Shown here piece after piece: positions 17,960 to 24,000 of a stretch of DNA of 24,000 nt (position 1 is its first letter; each line of letters begins with the position of its first letter). Under the pieces are notes generated by a model. That model did not search any database. It saw only the letters and a program-made list of their open reading frames with translations, and was not told the DNA's origin. Both the position numbers and the translations under genes were made by a program. This stretch comes from Ketobacter alkanivorans (GTDB lineage Bacteria > Pseudomonadota > Gammaproteobacteria > Pseudomonadales > Ketobacteraceae), in NCBI RefSeq assembly GCF_002863865.1, contig NZ_CP022684.1, positions 3,143,990-3,167,989 of the forward strand. Direction: 5' to 3'.

Positions 17960-18652
17960 TTACTGTTTTCCTGCTTTTATACGCGCTAAAATGTCTGCCG
18001 CTGATGCGGATTCACCTTTGATGCCCGCACTTTCCAGTTTGCTGTCCAGATCATTGCCCGACATCTCTTTCTCCAGCAGCTCGCCTGCTTCCATTTGATC
18101 CTGCTTCATTTCCTGACGGGCTTTGATGCGCTCCAGTGATTCCCGCGCAGAGTTTAACGTAGAGTTGTTGGATGCTACGTTTTCTACTACTTGCTCGGTG
18201 GCCTTTTGCACGCTTTCTGTGGTGCGCACAATGGACAGTTCCCGTTCGTGGTCGGCAATTAGCTTCTCGGCCTTTTTAATATGGGCTTTGAGTTGCTCGA
18301 CCTGGCCGGTTAAGCGCGCCACAATGGCATCTTGTTCGGCTTTATTGTTTTCCAGGGTGGCGATCTTGCCTGCTACTTCCAGTGCCAGTGCTTCATCATT
18401 CTGATCCAGAGCTTTGCTGGCATAGGTTTCATGATTGCGAATTTCTTCCACGAAGCTACTTACTTTGCGCTCAGCCTGCATCTTGCGAGCCATGACCTCT
18501 GTAAGGTTGTGCTTGGCTTGCCCGATGCTGGCTTTAGCGTCGACGATTTCCTGCTCGAAAATACGAACACCATTTGAGTCAACAATGGCATCACCCATTT
18601 CCCTTACGCCACCGCGCAGTGCGGTCCAGATTTTATTTAATACGCTGCTCAT
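17960..18652 (-). CDS. PspA/IM30-family (ESCRT-III-like) protein, YjfJ-like
   Basis: MSSVLNKIWTALRGGVREMGDAIVDSNGVRIFEQEIVDAKASIGQAKHNLTEVMARKMQAERK... is a long coiled coil typical of PspA_IM30. GGAGA lies 6 nt before the ATG. It starts 38 nt after the upstream YjfI-like gene. Confidence 0.88.
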   Translation of the reverse strand: MSSVLNKIWTALRGGVREMGDAIVDSNGVRIFEQEIVDAKASIGQAKHNLTEVMARKMQAERKVSSFVEEIRNHETYASKALDQNDEALALEVAGKIATLENNKAEQDAIVARLTGQVEQLKAHIKKAEKLIADHERELSIVRTTESVQKATEQVVENVASNNSTLNSARESLERIKARQEMKQDQMEAGELLEKEMSGNDLDSKLESAGIKGESASAADILARIKAGKQ

Positions 18653-18690
18653 GATCGTTCTCCGAAGATGGTTTGTTAAATGCCTGATGG

Positions 18691-19098
18691 CTACACAAGG
18701 TAATTTTCGATGGCTTCCAGTGCGTCGTAAGCGTTGGAGGCCAGGGTGATCAATTCTTTGCAGACTTCGTTAAAGCTGCTGCTGGTGGCCATGGCTCCAA
18801 ACACAACGTAGTAATCTTCTACGATCGCAAAGGAACTCAAGGGCATTGCTACATTCAATTCAAGCATGGTTTTATTGAGTTCGGCGATGCGCTTGGGCTG
18901 AATTTCGGTTTGCTTGCACAGATACGTAATGCACAGTATTTGGGTGTCGGTGATGGTAACGAATATCGGCATGGCATCCAGCTCCGATACGATTACCTGC
19001 AGCACCTCCTGCTCGCCGTGAATGGGTAAACAATCGAAGGTGTGCCCTTCGTAATTCACTTGTCCCAGTTGATAGGTGAGTTCCTGAATTTGGGTCAT
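18691..19098 (-). CDS. YjfI/DUF2170-like protein (secretion-chaperone-like fold), first gene of the PspA operon
   Basis: Motifs are PIFVTITDTQILCITYL ... MPLSSFAIVEDYYVVFGAMATSSSFNEVCKELITLASNAYDALEAIENYL. Its size and its position directly upstream of a PspA-family gene match the E. coli yjfI-yjfJ arrangement (from memory). ATG 19098 has AAGGAGA 9 nt upstream. The track start at 19122 lies inside an operator palindrome. Confidence 0.65.
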   Translation of the reverse strand: MTQIQELTYQLGQVNYEGHTFDCLPIHGEQEVLQVIVSELDAMPIFVTITDTQILCITYLCKQTEIQPKRIAELNKTMLELNVAMPLSSFAIVEDYYVVFGAMATSSSFNEVCKELITLASNAYDALEAIENYLV

Positions 19099-19117
19099 CG
19101 GCTGTCGTCTCCTTTTT

Positions 19118-19170
19118 GACATATTATGTCGATAAGGTTAAGGTTAGACCTCTATGACATAACATGTCAA
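19118..19170 (-). promoter_or_regulatory. Leftward promoter of the yjfI-like/PspA operon with two palindromic operators
   Basis: Palindromes are GACATATTATGTC (19118-19130) and GACATAACATGTC (19156-19168). Read on the minus strand: TTGACA (19170-19165) as -35, an 18-nt spacer, TAACCT (19146-19141) as -10, then the second palindrome just upstream of the SD. Confidence 0.55.
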
Positions 19171-19194
19171 GTGTTTCTGTTTAAGGGCCTAAAA

Positions 19195-19235
19195 GCTTGC
19201 TATTGTTCGGTCTCTCTATAGCAAGCAAGTATAGA
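19195..19235. repeat. Overlapping inverted repeats at the centre of the divergent intergenic region
   Basis: GCTTGCTAT (19195-19203) pairs with ATAGCAAGC (19218-19226) across a 14-nt spacer. TCTATA (19215-19220) pairs with TATAGA (19230-19235). Confidence 0.4.
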
Positions 19236-19255
19236 AAGGTATAACAATACAAATA

Positions 19256-19297
19256 TTGACATAATATGTCGAAAAGTCTAACTTGACATATTATGTC
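19256..19297 (+). promoter_or_regulatory. Rightward promoter of the NfeD/flotillin operon with two palindromic operators
   Basis: TTGACA (19256-19261) as -35 is embedded in the palindrome GACATAATATGTC (19258-19270). After a 17-nt spacer comes TAACTT (19279-19284) as -10. The palindrome GACATATTATGTC (19285-19297) lies immediately downstream, and the GGGGAG SD follows at 19305. Confidence 0.55.
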
Positions 19298-19314
19298 TTC
19301 TGTTGGGGAGTAAC

Positions 19315-19965
19315 ATGGAAGCGTTCTTTGCTAATATTTTTCACTATCCTACTGTTTTCTTTACGGTTTTGTTGCTGGTGTTGGCGGTATACTGGTTTTT
19401 CGCCATCCTCGGAATGATCGATATTGATGTGCTGGATCTGGACATGGATGTTGATGCGGATGTGGATGTTGATCTGGAAGGGTTAACTGGTTTGGCGGGG
19501 CTGTTGGTAACCTTGGGGCTGACCGGCGTGCCTGTGACGGTGGTCGTTACCTTGTTGTCGCTGTTGGCTTGGTTGGTCAGCTACTTTGTGGTGCATTTGT
19601 TCTTTTTTTGGGAGCCTGGCTCCCTGATGGGGTATTTGGTAGGTACGGCGGTGGTGCCGTTGGCTATCGCGGTATCGATACCGGTTACCGCGCAATTGAT
19701 CAAACCTTTGAAGCCTTTGTTTAAAAAAGCATACACGCCACCACCGGAGAAAGTACTGCTGGGGCGTACTTGCAACGTGCGTTCAACCCGCGTAGACGAG
19801 GCATTCGGCGAGGCGGCTGTGGATCTGGATGGTGCCAGTCTGATTCTGCGGATTCGCGCCAAGGCTGATGCCGGGCTCAAGCGGGGTGATGCTGTGGTGT
19901 TGATCGAACATCGGCCCGAGGACAATACCTATTGGGTTGTTCCGGAGCATGAGTTTAAAAAATAA
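19315..19965 (+). CDS. NfeD-like / YqiJ-family membrane protein with a C-terminal OB fold
   Basis: ATG 19315 lies 4 nt after GGGGAG; the track start is TTG 19303. It has several TM helices, an acidic loop DIDVLDLDMDVDADVDVDLE, and an NfeD-type C-terminal beta domain (LLGRTCNVRSTRVDEAFGEAAVDLDGASLILRIRAKADAGLKRGDAVVLIEH). It sits directly upstream of a flotillin gene, as in yqiJ-yqiK. Confidence 0.8.
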   Translation: MEAFFANIFHYPTVFFTVLLLVLAVYWFFAILGMIDIDVLDLDMDVDADVDVDLEGLTGLAGLLVTLGLTGVPVTVVVTLLSLLAWLVSYFVVHLFFFWEPGSLMGYLVGTAVVPLAIAVSIPVTAQLIKPLKPLFKKAYTPPPEKVLLGRTCNVRSTRVDEAFGEAAVDLDGASLILRIRAKADAGLKRGDAVVLIEHRPEDNTYWVVPEHEFKK

Positions 19966-20025
19966 CATTCATTTTTAATTATTAGTTCTGATTTAGTCGT
20001 TAATTCTAATAGAGGTACGGAAGCT

Positions 20026-22113
20026 ATGGATCTATCAATCATCATGCCTGTTCTAACGGTGGTGGGCTTTATTCTGCTGGTTTTGGTGGGGCTGTTATCC
20101 CTATTCAAGGCATTCTATATCAAGGTAGATCAGGGCAAGGCGCTGATTGTAAACGACATGTCATCTACGCCTAAGGTGTATTTTACAGGTGCGATGGTTT
20201 TACCGGTCATTCACCGCCGGGAGATCATGAAGATATCGGTGATCACATTAGAGATTGATCGTCGTGGCAAAGATGGCTTGATCTGTAAAGATAACCTGCG
20301 AGCGGATATCAATGTAGCATTCTATCTGCGCGTGAATGAAACCGCTCAGGATGTGCTGAAAGTTGCGAAAGCGGTAGGGGTTGAGCGAGCCTCCAGCAAA
20401 GATGCTGTTAATGAGCTATTCAATGCCAAATTCTCAGAGGCCCTGAAAACCGTGGGCAAGAAGATGGATTTTCTGGAACTGTTTGAAAACAGAATTCAGT
20501 TCCGTGATCGCATTATAGAAGTCATCGGTGAAGATCTTAACGGCTACGTATTGGAAGACGTGGCAATTGATTATCTTGAGCAGACTCCGAAATCCGCACT
20601 GGATCCTTACAATATCCTCGACTCCGAAGGTATTCGTCGGATTACCGAAATCACCGCCACCCAGAATGTTGAAACCAATCGTCTGGAGCGTGATGAAGAA
20701 CTTGAGATCAAGCGCAAAAATGTGTCCACCAGAGAGGCCATGCTGGAACTGGAGCGCCAACAGTCCGATGCCGAAGCCAAGCAGCAGCGCGAAGTAGAAA
20801 GCATCCGCGCCCGCGAACAGGCTGAAACACTCAAAGTTAAAGAAGAAGAGCGTCAGAAAGCGGAATCGGCGCGTATTTCTGCGGAGGAATCCATTCAAAT
20901 AGCAGAAGAAAACAAATGCCGCCAGGTAGAAATCGCGGGTAAGAATCGCGAGCGTGCAGTGGCTATCGAGCACGAGAAAGTTGAAAAAGCACGTCAGCTG
21001 GAAGTGGTGAATCGTGAACGTGAAGTTGAACTGCAAACCATTGAGAAAGAAAAAGCGCTGGAAGAAGAACGTAAGATAATCGCCAATACCATCAGTGAAC
21101 GTATTGCGGTTGAAAAGAAAGTGGCGGAAGAGGAAGAACGCATTAAAGACGTGCGCACTATCTCTGAGGCAGAGCGTTCCAAGCAGGTGAAGGTTTTGGA
21201 TGCGGAGGCAGATGCTCAAGAAGATCTGGTGAAGCATGTTAAGAAAGCTGAGGCCGAAGAATTGATGGCCACGCATCGCGCTAAAGAGATCAATGTCATT
21301 GCTCAGGCGGAGCTGGAAGCGGCTGCCAAGCAGGCTGAGGCCCAGATCAAGCGCGCTGAAGGCACTCAGGCCGAAGAAGCGGCTTCTGGATTGGCTGCGG
21401 CCAGAGTGCAGGAAGCCAAGGCGGTGGCATTGGAGAAAGAAGGTATTGCCAAGGCTAATGCTGATCAGGCGCAAGGCATTGCACGTGCCCGTGTGATCGA
21501 AGAGCAGGCTGCGGCCAACGAGAAGCAAGGCTTGGCTGATGCTCATGTGCTGGAAGAAAAACTGGCTGCGAAAGCGCGCGGTGAGAAGGAAATCGGCATG
21601 ACCGAAGTGAAGGTTATGGAAGGCAAGTTAACTGCCCAGGCCACCGGTGATGAAGCCATCGGTCGCGCTGCCGCAATCGCTGAGCGTGAGAAAGGTTTGG
21701 CAGCAGCAGAGATTATTCGTGAGAAAGCCCGTGCAGAAGCAGAAGGCCTGACCGATAAGTTCGATGCGATGAACAACATGAGCCCGGAAGCTCGTGAGTT
21801 TGAAGAGCTGCGTATGCGTCTGGAGCTGGCCTTCGAGGAAGTCATGGCAACAATTGCGGCCAATAAAGATATCGCTAAAGAGCAAGCGGATGTGCTGTCT
21901 GCAGCGTTGTCTAAAGCCAAGATCGAGATTGTTGGTGGCGAAGGGGATTACTTCAATAGCTTTGCCAAGGCGCTGTCGGTAGGTAATGCGATTAACGCGG
22001 TGTCTGGTAAGAGCCCTGTAGTACAGCAGGCGTTAAGTAAGCTGATGAGTCTGGGGGGCGGAGAGCAACCCGTTGCAACTGCACCGGATGTGGCAGTTGA
22101 TAAAGAAGCGTAA
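20026..22113 (+). CDS. Flotillin-family SPFH/Band-7 protein (YqiK-like) with a very long coiled coil
   Basis: It has an N-terminal TM helix (IIMPVLTVVGFILLVLVGLLSLF) and an SPFH domain (YIKVDQGKALIV ... LICKDNLRADINVAFYLRV ... LEDVAIDYLEQTP). An E/A/K/R-rich coiled coil of several hundred residues follows, with flotillin-like EA repeats. Confidence 0.9.
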   Translation: MDLSIIMPVLTVVGFILLVLVGLLSLFKAFYIKVDQGKALIVNDMSSTPKVYFTGAMVLPVIHRREIMKISVITLEIDRRGKDGLICKDNLRADINVAFYLRVNETAQDVLKVAKAVGVERASSKDAVNELFNAKFSEALKTVGKKMDFLELFENRIQFRDRIIEVIGEDLNGYVLEDVAIDYLEQTPKSALDPYNILDSEGIRRITEITATQNVETNRLERDEELEIKRKNVSTREAMLELERQQSDAEAKQQREVESIRAREQAETLKVKEEERQKAESARISAEESIQIAEENKCRQVEIAGKNRERAVAIEHEKVEKARQLEVVNREREVELQTIEKEKALEEERKIIANTISERIAVEKKVAEEEERIKDVRTISEAERSKQVKVLDAEADAQEDLVKHVKKAEAEELMATHRAKEINVIAQAELEAAAKQAEAQIKRAEGTQAEEAASGLAAARVQEAKAVALEKEGIAKANADQAQGIARARVIEEQAAANEKQGLADAHVLEEKLAAKARGEKEIGMTEVKVMEGKLTAQATGDEAIGRAAAIAEREKGLAAAEIIREKARAEAEGLTDKFDAMNNMSPEAREFEELRMRLELAFEEVMATIAANKDIAKEQADVLSAALSKAKIEIVGGEGDYFNSFAKALSVGNAINAVSGKSPVVQQALSKLMSLGGGEQPVATAPDVAVDKEA

Positions 22114-22170
22114 TGCATAGGAAACATTGGGGGTGAACGCCCCCTAAACAGGAATGTTGAGGGTCAGTAA

Positions 22171-24000
22171 GTGACAGTGAGTCAAACAGCATCTGAACAG
22201 CAGGTCGAGTCGGCGGTTTCTCAGGGCTCCGCTTATGAAGTCATCCGTAACCGATTGATTGATCAGGGTAGTCAGTTAGAGGCACTGGCTACACAGATAA
22301 ACCAACAGCGCATGGACGAATTCGGCTCCACCGAGCTCAATGTGATCGGTCGTACACGGGTACGTACCGAAAACAACTGTGTAGCGCGGGATATTGTGCG
22401 TGCCGGAGACTATTTGCTGTTTGGCTACAACGTTTTTATTGGCCTGAAACAGACCACCTCGGTGGAGGATGTGTTTTCGCTTTATCGGCTGGTGGAAGGA
22501 GACGGGTCGCTGGATATGGAGCCAGTGGCGACAGAGTCGACTTTCTTAGGTGATGCCCGGTTTGTGTCGGACTTTAACGAGCTTTACACCTATTACAAAA
22601 ACACGTTTCTAACTCAGTTGCGAGTAAAGGATGGACGCCTGCTGGCAGCGTTTCAGATCGGTGAACGTGATACCGATATCCGGGTGTTTCGTTGGTCGGT
22701 ATCGGCCGATGGTAAAACAATAGAGTACATTGATAACCGTGGTGAGCGCGATATTGAGTTGCCGCCGGCCTGGGATTTCGAATGGCAAGAGGTGAGCAGG
22801 GAGCTGATGGTGGATGGCCGTCATCCTCATATCAATGTTTTGGACACGATTTTTGTAGACACCATTCACGGCGATCTGACCATTAAAGTAGAGAACAACA
22901 CCCGCAGCGGTCAGGGTATCTATTCTGAGCCGGTGGAAGATGTAAACCAATCCCTGGACGATGCTGATTTTTATTTTGCGGAAATAGGGCAGTTGATACT
23001 GCTGCGCATCAAACCCTATCAAGAAGAAGCGTGGCGGCATTTGGTATTTAATCGCCTGAATAACAGCGTGGTGCGCATTGATGCTATCGGTGACAGCTGT
23101 CAGCAGTTGCCAGAGGATCATGGCATTGTTTTTCCGGGCGGTTACTATTTGCAAACTGGCGACTATAAGACCTTTGATGAGCCTCTCTATGGGCTGCGCT
23201 TTCGTCGGGTAATTCGCTCTCCCAATGGGGAAGATGTGCTCTATGTGTATTACCAGGCTGAGCAGGGTGTAGTCGCCCTTTATCCTTACAACATGATTGA
23301 AAAATCATTGCGTAATCCAGTTTATGGCCACGGCTATGGGCTTTTTGAGGATGGTCGCATGGTGGTGTTCTCTGCTGATGATGAGCCGACCCGCGTGCAC
23401 CCTATGCAAATCTGGCAATCTCCGTTCTTTAGTGATGTGCATGCCAGTCAGGCCCAGCAGTCGCAAAGTTTCTTTGGTCGTATTGGTAATGCCGAGCTGG
23501 TGCGTGGTATATCCGATTTGTTCAGTGTTGTGCAGCTGATTCGCAACCCTGAGGCAGCATCTGCCCATTACCTTGAATTGTGCAAATACGCGTCGCGTTT
23601 GTTCGACCAGTATCACTGGCTATCGGACAAAAGCCTTACGGATGTTCACGGCGTATTAAAGTCCATCATCGAATCCGGCGAGTTGGTGCTGGATGAGTAT
23701 GAAAAAGTTCAGAGTATTCGAAAAAGCTCGCAGCAGGCATTGTTGCAGGCCGAGCAGTCTGTTGCTGATCTGATCAAACAGTTGCAACCGGATGGCTGGA
23801 CGGTGCCGCAGCCGTATATGACCGCTATGATGGATATTCGAAAATTGCGCGGGCATTTGCTCACGATTTTAGAGTATCGTTATATCGATCAGGTACGTAT
23901 TCATGAGCTGGATGGCAAGCTCATGAACAAGCAAGGGTTTATCGCCGAGCGCACCATTGAATTCCTGGCCCAGGATGATTCGCTTGATCCATTCTATGAT
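22171..24000 (+). CDS. Large uncharacterised protein, 5' part only (at least 610 aa, runs off the window): coiled coil, then a beta-rich propeller-like region, then a helical region
   Basis: This ORF is not in the supplied track. I translated it by hand. GTG 22171 follows an in-frame TAA (22168-22170) and a GAGGG SD (22159-22163). There are 610 sense codons with no stop through base 24000. Translation begins VTVSQTASEQQVESAVSQGSAYEVIRNRLIDQGSQLEALATQINQQRMDEFG... It starts 57 nt after the flotillin stop on the same strand. All track ORFs in 22609-23856 are antisense to it. Confidence 0.75.
   Translation, partial: MTVSQTASEQQVESAVSQGSAYEVIRNRLIDQGSQLEALATQINQQRMDEFGSTELNVIGRTRVRTENNCVARDIVRAGDYLLFGYNVFIGLKQTTSVEDVFSLYRLVEGDGSLDMEPVATESTFLGDARFVSDFNELYTYYKNTFLTQLRVKDGRLLAAFQIGERDTDIRVFRWSVSADGKTIEYIDNRGERDIELPPAWDFEWQEVSRELMVDGRHPHINVLDTIFVDTIHGDLTIKVENNTRSGQGIYSEPVEDVNQSLDDADFYFAEIGQLILLRIKPYQEEAWRHLVFNRLNNSVVRIDAIGDSCQQLPEDHGIVFPGGYYLQTGDYKTFDEPLYGLRFRRVIRSPNGEDVLYVYYQAEQGVVALYPYNMIEKSLRNPVYGHGYGLFEDGRMVVFSADDEPTRVHPMQIWQSPFFSDVHASQAQQSQSFFGRIGNAELVRGISDLFSVVQLIRNPEAASAHYLELCKYASRLFDQYHWLSDKSLTDVHGVLKSIIESGELVLDEYEKVQSIRKSSQQALLQAEQSVADLIKQLQPDGWTVPQPYMTAMMDIRKLRGHLLTILEYRYIDQVRIHELDGKLMNKQGFIAERTIEFLAQDDSLDPFYD

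Noticed and set aside
19099-19122. Track start (ATG 19122) for the YjfI-like gene
   Set aside because: That ATG lies inside operator palindrome 19118-19130 and lacks an SD. ATG 19098 has AAGGAGA at proper spacing and gives a length close to E. coli YjfI as I recall it.
20434-21546. 370-aa minus-strand ORF plus several shorter ORFs inside the flotillin gene
   Set aside because: It is antisense to the flotillin coiled-coil region. The Leu/Phe/Ser-rich translation is the mirror of GAA/GCN/AAG repeats, so it is a stop-free artefact of the repeat composition.
22128-22146. GGGGG/CCCCC hairpin between the flotillin gene and the giant ORF as a terminator
   Set aside because: It has only a 5-bp stem and no T-tract, and an SD with a start codon follows immediately. 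It is more likely neutral or a minor mRNA structure inside the operon.
22705-22719. ADGKT in the giant ORF as a possible Walker A motif
   Set aside because: The context is WSVSADGKT, which lacks the [AG]-x4-GK[ST] spacing (Ser sits at the first position). It lies in a beta-strand-like repeat, so it is not treated as a P-loop.
22609-23856. Minus-strand track ORFs 22609-23154, 23084-23308, 23305-23616 and 23656-23856, and plus-strand ORF 23297-23539
   Set aside because: All lie inside the 610-codon open plus-strand frame starting at 22171. That frame has an SD, an operon context and protein-like sequence. These short ORFs are fragmented and lack family features.
1-24000. Scan for CRISPR arrays, tRNA/rRNA genes, IS elements, integrases and long direct repeats
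   Set aside because: I saw no regularly spaced repeats, no tRNA-like T-arm motifs, no transposase- or integrase-like translations in any listed ORF, and no long terminal inverted repeats. This was by eye only, so short or degenerate elements could have been missed.

Overview
This looks like a gammaproteobacterial chromosomal segment, judged only from gene content and order. No rRNA, tRNA, CRISPR array, transposase or integrase was recognised.

Genes from left to right:
- Two tandem paralogous membrane HisKA sensor proteins. Their phospho-acceptor His box is intact but their ATP-binding motifs are degenerate. The first is truncated by the window edge.
- An Fe(3+) ABC importer with a binding lipoprotein and a fused permease, but no ATPase gene.
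- A gcvT-gcvH-gcvPA-gcvPB glycine-cleavage operon with a split P protein and no glycine riboswitch.
- A visibly AT-rich islet carrying an acidic orphan ORF.
- A nitroreductase.
- A minus-strand pair: a divergent FHA-like protein and a small outer-membrane beta-barrel.
- An ABC1/UbiB-family kinase, an orphan cyanase, a SlyD-like FKBP, a DUF1569-like protein with a Tat-like signal and lipobox, and CorA.

The most interesting part is 17.5-24.0 kb. A minus-strand operon (YjfI/DUF2170-like, then PspA/IM30, then a small putative tandem ribbon-helix-helix protein) diverges from a plus-strand operon (NfeD/YqiJ-like, then a long flotillin, then a large ORF). The large ORF runs off the window end and is missing from the supplied ORF track. 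The 216-nt region between the operons holds four copies of one 13-bp palindrome (GACATAnnATGTC). The copies are laid out in mirror image over two TTGACA promoters, which suggests one repressor controls both operons. I read this as a single inducible membrane-remodelling, envelope-stress or defence module.
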